NCBI GenBank assembly: GCA_046080505.1
Contig: JBJTUC010000037.1
Coordinates: 11,708-75,707 of the forward strand
DNA length: 64,000 nucleotides
Direction of reading: 5' to 3'
Source of the DNA: Planctomycetota bacterium
GTDB lineage: Bacteria; Planctomycetota; Phycisphaerae; Phycisphaerales; SM1A02
Part shown: positions 46,666 to 55,991 of the stretch, one piece after another
Layout of the letters: every line of letters starts with the position of its first letter
Numbering within the stretch: position 1 is the first letter of the stretch
Notes under the pieces: model-generated
The model's input: the letters and a program-made list of their open reading frames with translations, nothing else
Told to the model about the DNA's origin: nothing
The model's database searches: none
Position numbers and translations under genes: made by a program

Positions 46666-49058
46666 GTGACGCACTCCGAACACAGATTCTCAGCCATCTC
46701 GGGCACAACGGCTATCGGCCGGTGCGCACGCGGGAACTTGAGCAGCAACTGCGCATCCGCGAAGGACAGTCCGCGGAGTTCCGCCGCGTGATCGACGATC
46801 TCGCGACCGAGGATCACATTGACATCAGCGCCGACGACATCGTGCGACTCACGCGCTTCAAGGATGAGACAACCGGTCGCATTCGAATCAGCGCGCGCGG
46901 CAACGGGAGCGGGTTCGTGGTGCCCGATGTTCCATCGCGTGAAGGCGATCTGTATGTTGCCGAGCACGATGTGAATGGTGCGATCAGCGGCGACCGCGTT
47001 CGTGTCGCCGTGATTCGGCGCGGAAAGGACTGGGACCGCGCACCAGACGCACGTCCAACGGGTCGAGTGCTTGAAGTGCTTGAACGCAAGCAGACGCGCT
47101 TCCCCGGCCAACTGCAACGTGAGGGGCGCGGCTGGGTCGTGCTGCCCGATGGCCGTGCGCTCACCGAGCCGATCGTGGTGCGCGATCCTGGCGCGAAGGA
47201 TGCGCACGAGGGCGACAAGGTGATCGTGGAAGTCACTCGATTTCCAGATACGCGAGCCCGAGCCGAGGGCGTGATCATCCGACGGCTCGGCGTTGCGGGT
47301 GAACCAGATGCCGAAACGCTGTCGGTGATGGCGATGTACGAACTGCATGAGGAGTTCCCCACTGCGGTCCTCGATGAGGCCGCCGCGGCCGCGCGCGACT
47401 TCGAGACGCAGCGCGAAGGACCGTGGCAGGGACGTGAGGATCTCACGGCGACTTCGGTCTTCACGATCGATCCGCCTGATGCGCGCGATTTCGATGACGC
47501 CATCAGCATCGCATTCGATGCCACGCGGGATGAATGGACGCTGGCGGTGCATATCGCTGATGTCGCAGGCTTCGTTCGGCGCGGCAGCACGCTCGATGAC
47601 GAGGCGCGTGCGCGTGGCAACAGCGCGTACCTCCCCCGCCGCGTCATTCCGATGCTGCCTGAAACGCTCTCGAATGGCGTGTGCTCGCTGCAGGAGGGCG
47701 TGCCGCGTTTGGCCAAGACGGTGTGGATCACCTTCGATGGAACGGGCCGCGTGCTGTACGAGCGATATTCCAATACGGTGATTCGATCACGCAAACGCCT
47801 GACGTACCTGGAGGCACAAGCGGCGATCGACGGCAATCTTGTGCAGGCGAGGATTCATGCGAAGACGGAGACACCGATCGATGATGCCCTGCTGGAGGAG
47901 CTTCGACTGAGCGAGCGTCTTGCGAAGCTGCTGCGTGCGCGCCGAGTGAACGACGGCATGGTGGTGCTTGCACTTCCTGACTCGGATCTGGTGTTCGCCG
48001 CCGATGGTCGCGTCTGCGATGTGCAGCCCGAGGACAATGCGTTCACTCACACGCTGATTGAGATGTTCATGGTCGAAGCGAACGAGGCGGTGGCACGGCT
48101 CTTTGCGTCACTCGGTCTCCCCGCACTGCGGCGCATCCATCCCGAGCCGTCGTTCCACGATGTTGAGGCACTTCGACTTGCGGCGCGCGCCGCGAAGGTT
48201 CGCCTGCCCGATGAACCCACGCGCAAGGATCTGCAGGCGCTCGTGGATGCGACGCGCGGCACGGACAGCGAGCGTGCGATCCACTTTTCGGTACTTCGTT
48301 CGATGGCGAAGGCGACCTATTCACCCGCGCTCATCGGGCATTACGCCCTTGCGAGCGAGCACTATCTGCACTTCACGAGCCCGATCCGCCGATACCCAGA
48401 TCTGGTGGTGCATCGCATGCTCGATGCGTGGGCAGAGCAGACCGACAACGGCAAGAACCCGCCCGGGGGCAAGCGGCGCCGCGAACTGCTTGATCGCCTG
48501 CGCGAAGATCCCCGCGTGGAGAGTGCCGACGCACTGGTGCGTTGCGGCGAGCACTGCAGCGAGACGGAGGTTCAGGCCGAGAACGCCGAGCGCTCCTTGC
48601 GGACCTTCCTCGTGCTGCAGTTCTTGCGCGACGAGCATGGAGCCGACACCTTCACGGGTGTCGTCACGGGCGTTTCACCGGGCGGCGGCGGCGTGTTCGT
48701 GATGCTCGATCAGTATCTGGTGGATGGGATGATCCGCCTGCGTGATGTTGGTCGCGGCGAGCGGTGGGTTCGCAGTGAGAGCACCGGTCGCCTCTCCGCT
48801 GCACGCAGCGGCGCGAGCCTTGGCATCGGTGATTCGGTGGAGGTGAGGATTGCAGCCATCGACCTCGCGACGCGGCAGATGGAACTGGAACTGCTGCGCA
48901 CCATCCGCGCGGCGCGCGTCGGCGTCGGGCGGAGCGAGGATTCGCCCGCCGAAGGTCGAAGGCACAAAGGGTTCGTCGGCGGCCGCGGCGCGCCACGCGG
49001 CGAGCGCGGACACAAGAAGGGCTTCAAGCGAGGTCGCCGCGGGCAACGGGGACGCTGA
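46662..49058 (+). CDS. rnr: Ribonuclease R (RNase II/VacB family 3'-5' exoribonuclease)
   Basis: RNB domain blocks (FTIDPPDARDFDDAISI; HYALASEHYLHFTSPIRRYPDLVVHR), an S1 domain, and a basic C-terminal tail. The ATG overlaps the upstream stop (ATGA). Confidence 0.93.
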   Translation: MSDALRTQILSHLGHNGYRPVRTRELEQQLRIREGQSAEFRRVIDDLATEDHIDISADDIVRLTRFKDETTGRIRISARGNGSGFVVPDVPSREGDLYVAEHDVNGAISGDRVRVAVIRRGKDWDRAPDARPTGRVLEVLERKQTRFPGQLQREGRGWVVLPDGRALTEPIVVRDPGAKDAHEGDKVIVEVTRFPDTRARAEGVIIRRLGVAGEPDAETLSVMAMYELHEEFPTAVLDEAAAAARDFETQREGPWQGREDLTATSVFTIDPPDARDFDDAISIAFDATRDEWTLAVHIADVAGFVRRGSTLDDEARARGNSAYLPRRVIPMLPETLSNGVCSLQEGVPRLAKTVWITFDGTGRVLYERYSNTVIRSRKRLTYLEAQAAIDGNLVQARIHAKTETPIDDALLEELRLSERLAKLLRARRVNDGMVVLALPDSDLVFAADGRVCDVQPEDNAFTHTLIEMFMVEANEAVARLFASLGLPALRRIHPEPSFHDVEALRLAARAAKVRLPDEPTRKDLQALVDATRGTDSERAIHFSVLRSMAKATYSPALIGHYALASEHYLHFTSPIRRYPDLVVHRMLDAWAEQTDNGKNPPGGKRRRELLDRLREDPRVESADALVRCGEHCSETEVQAENAERSLRTFLVLQFLRDEHGADTFTGVVTGVSPGGGGVFVMLDQYLVDGMIRLRDVGRGERWVRSESTGRLSAARSGASLGIGDSVEVRIAAIDLATRQMELELLRTIRAARVGVGRSEDSPAEGRRHKGFVGGRGAPRGERGHKKGFKRGRRGQRGR

Positions 49059-49093
49059 CACGGGAGCGAATCCCTGCGCGCGCGGCGCAACGC

Positions 49094-49133
49094 CCATGGA
49101 GATCCATGGAGACCCATGGAGATCCATGGAGGG
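49094..49133. repeat. 10-bp tandem repeat CCATGGAGAY x4, which can form two CCATGG-AGAT-CCATGG hairpins
   Basis: CCATGG occurs at 49094, 49104, 49114 and 49124. The array lies in the 87-bp convergent spacer between rnr and the dienelactone hydrolase gene. Confidence 0.85.
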
Positions 49134-49145
49134 CGTCGGTTGCGT

Positions 49146-49889
49146 TCACCGACCGAAGCACTCGCGAAGAAATGACTCAAGCCGCGTGAAGGCGCGGTTC
49201 GCGATGCGCTCGTCGTAGCCCATCCCCTGTGCTCGGTCGTTGGCAGCTGGATTGGTGAAGGCATGCACGGTGTTGCCGTATGCATCGATCTCCCAGTGCG
49301 CACCCGCATCGGTCATCTCCTTCGCGAACGCGACCATTGCATCGGGCGTCGCCATCGGATCCGCATATCCGTGCAGCGCAAGAACGCGCGCAGAGATTTG
49401 CTTCTGCTTGCCGAGTTGCGGCGGCGCGAACAGCGCGTGGAAACCCGCCACACCCAGTACACCTTCGCATCCATCGCGCGCGACATCGAATGCGCACAAA
49501 CCTCCGAAGCAGAAGCCGATGACCACCACCTTCTGTCCATCTGCCCCTGGGATGCGACGCGCAGCGGCGACGATCGCGCGGAGTCGCTGACGAAGTTTGG
49601 CGCGGTCATTCGTGAAGCCGGTCATCAGCGCGGACGCCTCATCGGGCGTCTTGGCAACCGCATGTTCGCCGTAGATATCCGCTGCGAATCCGATGTATCC
49701 CAGGCGCGCCATACGCGTGGCATGGGAGTCCATGAGTTCGTCACGCCCCCACCAGTGATGACACACGACAACGACGGGCGCGGGCAGGGTGAGCGCCGCC
49801 TCACGCGCCACGAACCCTTCGCACCGCTGTTCGCCATCGGAGTACAGATATGTTTCGGTCTGCATGACGGGCATTTCTACCGTGGGCAA
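49146..49889 (-). CDS. Dienelactone hydrolase family protein
   Basis: Contains VVVCHHWWGRDE..., GFCFGG (nucleophile elbow) and a C-terminal His block. Confidence 0.8.
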   Translation of the reverse strand: MPTVEMPVMQTETYLYSDGEQRCEGFVAREAALTLPAPVVVVCHHWWGRDELMDSHATRMARLGYIGFAADIYGEHAVAKTPDEASALMTGFTNDRAKLRQRLRAIVAAARRIPGADGQKVVVIGFCFGGLCAFDVARDGCEGVLGVAGFHALFAPPQLGKQKQISARVLALHGYADPMATPDAMVAFAKEMTDAGAHWEIDAYGNTVHAFTNPAANDRAQGMGYDERIANRAFTRLESFLRECFGR

Positions 49890-49966
49890 GAAGTTCGGTG
49901 TGCTTGTGGGGAACGCACGCGCAGCGAGCTAGCTTCCGTCCGTTCCGCATGAGGAGGGAAATCAGC

Positions 49967-51424
49967 GTGGCAAAAAAACCGGGGGCAATGGAACGAGAGA
50001 TTCTGGTACGGCGTGCGACGGCAGTGCTTTGGGGGGTTGGGTTCCTGCTGTTGATGATTGGTGGCCGCGGTGTGCTTGCCGCAACGCGCGCAGGAGCGTG
50101 GGAGCATCACATGGACTTGGCCGCACCCGCCGAGACCCTGCCGCTTGGCCTCGGTAGTTGCGTCTCGGCGAGCGCCGATGGGCTGCTTGCGATCGGTAGC
50201 GGTCGAGACCGCGATATTGGGGTGGACGCTGGAACTGTCACGCTATGGCAACCAGCCTCAGGCGGTGGTTCGCCGATCGCCGTGATCCCACATCCGAAGG
50301 GGTCAACCTCGTCTGGGTTTGGATTGTCGGTGGCACTGGATCCGCGTGGCTCGCTGCTGTGCATTGGTGCACCCCACGAGACGGGCGGACTCGGCTGGCC
50401 TGATGGGTTTCAAGTCGGTCGTGTCTATATCTATGCGCTCGATCGGGGCGGTCCGCGACTCGAGTGGCGTCTCACGACAGTGCTGGACTCCCCTACAGAT
50501 GGCGCACGAGGCAGCGCGGGCGGGCACTTTGGCGCATCCGTCGCAACCGATGGTGTTCATGTCGTGGTTGGATCACCCGATGACTCTGGGCAGGCGTTTG
50601 CGTCGGGTCGCTGCGATGTCTTTGTGCAAGGCGATGGTGGGTGGAAACACGCCGCGCACTTCCCATCGCCAACGGGAGAGATGACCGGGCGATTTGGGCA
50701 GGCTCTCGCGATCGATGGCGAGGTGATCGCAGTCGGATGGTCGCAGGCCGACGGTTCGTTCCCCAATCAGGGTCGCGCGGATCTCTTTTTCCTGTCGAGG
50801 CAGCCCAAGCACGAGGGTTGGTATCACGGAGCGGTGCTGCACTCGCCGACGCCGACTCATGCAGGAATGTTTGGCGCGTCGATCACCGTGGATGGCGAGC
50901 TCATTGCAGTTGGTGCACCACGCGAGTGGACGGAGCGCGAGATGGCGCAGCGCACTGGCCAGATCCATCTCTGGCGTGTGAATCGTGCGGATGCGCTTCG
51001 TGCACGATTCGTGGAGTCGATCGCGCCGCCCCAGTCAGTCTGCGATGGCGTGGGCGGAGTGCGACCCGAGGCGTTTGGTATGTCCCTTGCACTCCGCGGT
51101 CCACTGCTCGCCGTCGGTGCGACTGAGGCATGTGGACTCGCTCCTGCTGGCCGCGAATCTGTTGTCCTTGAAGGAAGCGGTTGTGTGCATGTGATGGAGC
51201 GAAGCGGCGGATCGTGGACAGCGACCGCTCGGCTTCAGTCACCAAGGCCAATGGCGGAGGTTCACGATGGATGGAGCGTGGCCATGAGCGCCGAGGGACA
51301 ACCATGGATCGCCGCCGCACGACTCGGTGACTTGGAGGCGCCTGCTGGTCCCGGACGAGTCATGGTCTTCACTGCCGCGCGCGCAGCGGAGGATCTCAAC
51401 GGGTTGAGTGCGTTCAGCCGATAG
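49967..51424 (+). CDS. FG-GAP-like repeat beta-propeller protein (signal/anchor N-terminus)
   Basis: About 7 repeats of the pattern (F/H)G.S(V/I)A.DG..(I/V)A(V/I)G(A/S)P...G...G.(V/I)..(F/W). The GTG start at 49967 follows GAGGAGG; an alternative ATG is at 49988. Confidence 0.5.
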   Translation: MAKKPGAMEREILVRRATAVLWGVGFLLLMIGGRGVLAATRAGAWEHHMDLAAPAETLPLGLGSCVSASADGLLAIGSGRDRDIGVDAGTVTLWQPASGGGSPIAVIPHPKGSTSSGFGLSVALDPRGSLLCIGAPHETGGLGWPDGFQVGRVYIYALDRGGPRLEWRLTTVLDSPTDGARGSAGGHFGASVATDGVHVVVGSPDDSGQAFASGRCDVFVQGDGGWKHAAHFPSPTGEMTGRFGQALAIDGEVIAVGWSQADGSFPNQGRADLFFLSRQPKHEGWYHGAVLHSPTPTHAGMFGASITVDGELIAVGAPREWTEREMAQRTGQIHLWRVNRADALRARFVESIAPPQSVCDGVGGVRPEAFGMSLALRGPLLAVGATEACGLAPAGRESVVLEGSGCVHVMERSGGSWTATARLQSPRPMAEVHDGWSVAMSAEGQPWIAAARLGDLEAPAGPGRVMVFTAARAAEDLNGLSAFSR

Positions 51425-51431
51425 GTCTTGC

Positions 51432-51866
51432 ATGAAGCAGAGAACAACGGCCCTCGCGTGGGGCTCGATCGGCTGGGCTGGCACGGGGGTGATCGCTGGC
51501 GGCACGCTTGCGCTTCTACTCGCGGCGCGCGGTACGCAGGCGAATGACACGCCCGCCGTTCTGGATCAGGCTGCGACGACTCAGAAGGCGCCGGCTGGCG
51601 ACCGAAAGGGGCGGCGATGTGTTGCGGTGTCCTTTGTCGATCCGAATCAGTCGCGGCAGATCTTCCCGGGTAACTCGTTGCAGCTCACCATCCGAGGAGA
51701 AGTCCCCTGTGCCGACGCGGTCGTGGGCTGGAGCAGGGTCGGTCCAGTCCGCCTGTGGGACGATGGACTTGTGGAGTGCCTTGTGATTCCCGTTCCACCC
51801 TGCCCACAGGGGGATGGCAGCGTGTTCTACGCGTGGCTGGGCTTTCCAAATCCCAACGCCAACTGA
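51432..51866 (+). CDS. Small hypothetical secreted or membrane-anchored protein
   Basis: N-terminal hydrophobic segment. No family recognised. The 3' end overlaps the convergent dus gene by 40 nt. Confidence 0.4.
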   Translation: MKQRTTALAWGSIGWAGTGVIAGGTLALLLAARGTQANDTPAVLDQAATTQKAPAGDRKGRRCVAVSFVDPNQSRQIFPGNSLQLTIRGEVPCADAVVGWSRVGPVRLWDDGLVECLVIPVPPCPQGDGSVFYAWLGFPNPNAN

Positions 51867-52996
51867 GCCTTGGATCCATCGGTGGGATACCAACGCTCGA
51901 TGACTGACTGCCAACTCTCGGCGCTGGTGCACCGAATGAAGTCCGCTTTCACTTCGTCCGCACGTGGATGGTGTGCAGCGAACTTGATGCCAAACTTTCG
52001 CATGCGACGACTGGTCGCCGCGTCGCTGTAGAGAATCGATGCCAACTCGAAGTGCCGCTCAAGTGCTGCACGCTGCTGCATGAGCGATGGCGGCTGCGGC
52101 TCCAGTCCTGCCATCATCGCACGCGCCTGCTGGAAAATCCACGGATTGCCGATGCAGCCGCGCGCCACACTGACGCCGCTGACGCCACACTGATCGAGCA
52201 TCGCAAAGATGTCGGAGACGGTCCACACGTCGCCTGAACCAAAGATCACTCGGTCGCCGCGTCGACGCGTGAGATCCTCAAGAAACTCCCATCGACCCGG
52301 ACCGAGATACTTTTGCCGCACCGTGCGACAGTGCACTGTTGCCCATGCGTAACCAATGTCATAGCACGCATCAAAGATTCGCTCGAAGAAGGCGGCCATT
52401 TCAGGCGTGTCATCAAACGCACGCCGCAGTTTGACGGTGCAGGGCACTCGCCCCGCAACCGCCTGATGCACTGCGCGAAGTATGTCCACGGCCTCCGCAG
52501 GATGCGCAAGGAAATGACCACCACGGTTGTTGGCACTGATCTTGCGAACTGGGCATGCGAGGTTCACGTCCACGACATCATGCCCCATCTCGACAAGGAT
52601 GTTCGCTGCACGCGCCATCTCATCGGGGCGCGATCCCATGATCTGTCCAGCGAGCGGGTGGTCATCCACGGTCGCGGCGACGTTGTCTTCCAGTTCCCCC
52701 ATGCCGCACTCGGTCGCGATGAGATCTGGGTCTTCACGGATCTTGCCTTTGCCGCCGTGGATAAGCGTGCGGTCAAGCAGCGCCTCGGTCACACAGAATG
52801 GACAGCCGTGCTGGCGCGCTACCAATCGCATCGCTCCATCGGAGTACCCGGCCAAACCCGCCTGAAAGAACGGGGCATCAAACCGCGGGATCAGCGCCTG
52901 CACGCGGGGATCGACGCGTGCCATGCGTGCAGTCTCCGCGATGGATCGTGACAGTCGCCGCGGCGGGAGTTCGCTGGGCGAAAGTTCGACGCTCAT
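51827..52996 (-). CDS. tRNA-dihydrouridine synthase
   Basis: Contains LAGYSDGAMRLVARQHG, VDVNLACPVRKI (catalytic Cys region) and a TIM-barrel Dus pattern. Confidence 0.85.
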   Translation of the reverse strand: MSVELSPSELPPRRLSRSIAETARMARVDPRVQALIPRFDAPFFQAGLAGYSDGAMRLVARQHGCPFCVTEALLDRTLIHGGKGKIREDPDLIATECGMGELEDNVAATVDDHPLAGQIMGSRPDEMARAANILVEMGHDVVDVNLACPVRKISANNRGGHFLAHPAEAVDILRAVHQAVAGRVPCTVKLRRAFDDTPEMAAFFERIFDACYDIGYAWATVHCRTVRQKYLGPGRWEFLEDLTRRRGDRVIFGSGDVWTVSDIFAMLDQCGVSGVSVARGCIGNPWIFQQARAMMAGLEPQPPSLMQQRAALERHFELASILYSDAATSRRMRKFGIKFAAHHPRADEVKADFIRCTSAESWQSVIERWYPTDGSKAQLALGFGKPSHA

Positions 52997-53107
52997 GGAT
53001 GGAGTCTAGTCCGTACACACATGAAACCGATGTGTTCATGGAGTGTGCGTGCACCGCGCATACGCACCACGAACGAAGATGGTTTGGATCTCTACACTGC
53101 GCTCGTG

Positions 53108-53569
53108 ATGCTGCATCGATGGCCTGCACTGCTCCGGATCGCCCTCGCGGTTCCCGCGGTGCTCGCGATCGGCTGCAACGCGAATCTGTACGACCCCAAA
53201 CTGGCCACCCGCCCCTATCCCGAAGCGCTGCAGCAGGAAACTGTTGTTCAGGTGCAAGTTGTTCCAATGCAGACACAGATTCGCTTCATCAACGCCACGA
53301 GCACCAGCTACGACAACATCGACATCTGGATCAACCGCCGTTTCGTCATGCATGTGGAACGCTTCGATGCAGGGCAGCAGATGGAAGTCGAGATCGAGAA
53401 CTTCCGAGATCAGTGGGGACAGTGCCCGCAGCCAGGTGGATTCTGGCGAACTCGCCCACCAACGCCCATCGTGATCACGCAGATTCAGCGCGATGAAACA
53501 CGGCCATTGATCGGACTCGTGACTCTGCTTCCACCGGATGTGAAGGTGAACTCACGCGATCCGCGCTGA
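53108..53569 (+). CDS. Hypothetical lipoprotein
   Basis: Signal peptide with lipobox (LAIGC). No family recognised. Confidence 0.45.
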   Translation: MLHRWPALLRIALAVPAVLAIGCNANLYDPKLATRPYPEALQQETVVQVQVVPMQTQIRFINATSTSYDNIDIWINRRFVMHVERFDAGQQMEVEIENFRDQWGQCPQPGGFWRTRPPTPIVITQIQRDETRPLIGLVTLLPPDVKVNSRDPR

Positions 53570-53616
53570 CGGCTTGTCCCGCGCCGGGCACCAGCATCCA
53601 GCGATACCGCTCGAAA

Positions 53617-53691
53617 GTCCCAGTGGGAGTCCTAGTGGGAGTCCTAGTGGGAGTCCTAGTGGGAGTCCTAGTGGGAGTCCTAGTGGGTACC
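53617..53691. repeat. 12-bp tandem repeat AGTGGGAGTCCT, 5 exact copies plus 2 partial
   Basis: Exact units start at 53622, 53634, 53646, 53658 and 53670. The thyX stop codon (53680-82) lies inside the last full unit. Confidence 0.9.
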
Positions 53692-54651
53692 GCTCGGCGG
53701 CGTGATCCCAAGCCGAACGCACTTCTCTTCAAACTCGCCGATCTCGCGCTTGTTCGTCGTGGCGATCGGCAATCCTGATCGAATCGCATCAATCTCGAGC
53801 CGCGTCAGATGCATCGCACCCAGGCGGTAATCCACGAACGCTTCGCACGACAGTGGCACGATCGGCTTGATCAGCTCGTACATCGCCTCCGCAAAGACGC
53901 GGATCTCATACTGCGCATGGGAATCCATGCGCAGCGAGAGGAAATGGAAGAGGTTGTGCAGATCGCACTTCCAGTACCACTCCGTATAGACCGACACGGG
54001 TAGCGCGGCGCGCGCCAACTCTCGCGCCACTCCCTTCTCCGTCAATGACATGTAATCCTTGTAGAGCGCTTCCGCACGATCGAGCAGCAGCAGAAAGTCC
54101 TGTGCGGTGCCCGCATCCACCAGACCATCACCCCCCTGCCGATTCGACGCACTCTGTGCGCGAACAGACTCGGCTGTCGGACGATAGAAACGGTCAGGCA
54201 CGATCGAATAGCGCGCGCTGTACTCGTTCACATTCGCCGTGCGATGGCGGATCCACTGCCGCGCCACAAACATTGGCATGGCGATGTGGAACTTGAACTC
54301 GACCATCTCGAAGGGCGTGGTATGGCGATGCCGCAGCAAGTAGCGAATCAGACCGCGATCCTCATTCACCTGCTTGGTGCCTTCACCGTAGGACACGCGC
54401 GCCGCTTGCACGATTGCGGCATCGGCGGTCTTGCCTGAAGGCGCAAGCCGCGGCATGCAATCGACCAGTGCCACAAAGCCGTGATCGAGCACCTTCTTCG
54501 TGATGCGTGACGCGCCATCCATCACATCGACAAATGGCTGCTCGGGGAACTCGCTTCGCGCCTGCTCCGTACTTGCCGTCGGCGCAGGCGAATCCGTCTG
54601 CGATGAGACGGGAGACTTCGCGATCACACTGTCATGCTGCGGGCTGCTCAT
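53680..54651 (-). CDS. thyX: FAD-dependent thymidylate synthase ThyX
   Basis: ThyX signature RHRTANVNEYSARYS. The ATG at 54651 overlaps the upstream stop (ATGA). Confidence 0.9.
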   Translation of the reverse strand: MSSPQHDSVIAKSPVSSQTDSPAPTASTEQARSEFPEQPFVDVMDGASRITKKVLDHGFVALVDCMPRLAPSGKTADAAIVQAARVSYGEGTKQVNEDRGLIRYLLRHRHTTPFEMVEFKFHIAMPMFVARQWIRHRTANVNEYSARYSIVPDRFYRPTAESVRAQSASNRQGGDGLVDAGTAQDFLLLLDRAEALYKDYMSLTEKGVARELARAALPVSVYTEWYWKCDLHNLFHFLSLRMDSHAQYEIRVFAEAMYELIKPIVPLSCEAFVDYRLGAMHLTRLEIDAIRSGLPIATTNKREIGEFEEKCVRLGITPPSGTH

Positions 54652-55148
54652 CGACTGCTCGGCACTCCTGGGATCGGCTTTGGCTGCGGCAGTGACTTCC
54701 CGCGCGCAGCGAGCCAACCGTTGACTTCCGCAAGAGTACCGATTCCGCTCGGGTTCCCGCGCGTGTGGAGCATGGGCGGCGCCCCATCCATGCCCGCGTT
54801 CAGTCCCACGAGCTGCAGGGCAACGACCGCTGCATCGACCGCCTCCCCACCGCGCAACGCCTCGTCACGGGTACCGGGCCACTTCCCGTCGCTTGGCAGA
54901 CGCGTCTCCTGCCACACTGCGGTCGAGTCGGCCAGAGCCTTGTCCGACTCGGGCCACGCCTGTTCCTGATCCGCATACACCAGACACGCCCATGCAGTGG
55001 AACGCAACGCCACATCGACACGCTTTGCGCGCGCGCGAACCTCGTCAACGACTGAGAAACCCCAGATGAATGCGGCGAGAGCGAGCGTGACGAACACGCC
55101 CATCAACCAAAGTGCCGCGCGCCTCGATCCAACGGGCGCCGTGCTCAC
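54648..55148 (-). CDS. Hypothetical membrane-anchored protein
   Basis: One TM helix ([20 protein letters not shown]). It is coupled by ATGA overlaps at both ends. Confidence 0.5.
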   Translation of the reverse strand: MSTAPVGSRRAALWLMGVFVTLALAAFIWGFSVVDEVRARAKRVDVALRSTAWACLVYADQEQAWPESDKALADSTAVWQETRLPSDGKWPGTRDEALRGGEAVDAAVVALQLVGLNAGMDGAPPMLHTRGNPSGIGTLAEVNGWLAARGKSLPQPKPIPGVPSSR

Positions 55149-55981
55149 ATCCGCATCCCCTCAAGCTTGACGCGATCGCGGCGACGCTGCGGATCGGGCT
55201 CGGGTACTGCCGAAAGCAAGGCCTGCGTATACGCATGTTTCGGCGCATGAATCACCTCGTCGCGCGTACCGTGCTCGACGATCTTGCCGTTCCACATGAC
55301 GGCGATCCGCTGGCACGCATGATGAATGACGGCCATGTCGTGGCTGATGAAGAGGTACGAGAGCTTGAACTCGCGTTGCAAATCAGCGAGGAGATTGAGC
55401 ACTTGACTCTGGATCGACACATCGAGCGCACTGGTGGGCTCGTCGCAGACGATCAACCGCGGCTCGAGTGCCAGCGCGCGCGCGATGCCGATGCGCTGCT
55501 TCTGCCCGCCTGAGAACTCATGCGGATACCGATCGGCGGCCCCTGGCCAAAGACCGCATCGCGTGAGCAGTTCACCGACGCGCTTCTGAACCTGATCGCG
55601 CGGCACGATGCCATGCACTTCGAGCGGCTCGCCGATGATGCTGCCGACGCGCATTCGCGGATTGAGCGAACCACCCGGATCCTGAAAGATGATCTGCATC
55701 TGCCGACGAAGGGAACGCATCTGCGCGGCACTTTGCGTGAACACATCCGTTCCATCAAAGGTGACGCGCCCACTTGTCGCTGGAATCAGCCGCAGAATCG
55801 CTCGACCCACCGTGGTCTTTCCGCAGCCTGACTCGCCCACAAGGCCGAGCGTCTCGCCAGGCTTGATCTCGAAGCTCACGCCGTCCACGGCACGCCGATG
55901 ATCCACGACGCGCTGCAGCAACCCGCGCCGGACCGGGAAGTGCACGTGGAGATCATCGACCTTGAGCAGCGGCGCTGACAT
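55145..55981 (-). CDS. ABC transporter ATP-binding protein (OppF/DppF-like), with no permease or binding protein nearby
   Basis: Walker [10 protein letters not shown], signature LSGGQKQR-like [15 protein letters not shown], and Walker [13 protein letters not shown]. Confidence 0.88.
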   Translation of the reverse strand: MSAPLLKVDDLHVHFPVRRGLLQRVVDHRRAVDGVSFEIKPGETLGLVGESGCGKTTVGRAILRLIPATSGRVTFDGTDVFTQSAAQMRSLRRQMQIIFQDPGGSLNPRMRVGSIIGEPLEVHGIVPRDQVQKRVGELLTRCGLWPGAADRYPHEFSGGQKQRIGIARALALEPRLIVCDEPTSALDVSIQSQVLNLLADLQREFKLSYLFISHDMAVIHHACQRIAVMWNGKIVEHGTRDEVIHAPKHAYTQALLSAVPEPDPQRRRDRVKLEGMRM

Positions 55982-55991
55982 GGTTGCAAGG

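Noticed and set aside
53475-53792. 105-aa ORF encoding an (RTPT)n repeat
   Set aside because: It is simply the translation of the 12-bp intergenic tandem repeat on the minus strand. It runs into the thyX 3' end out of frame.
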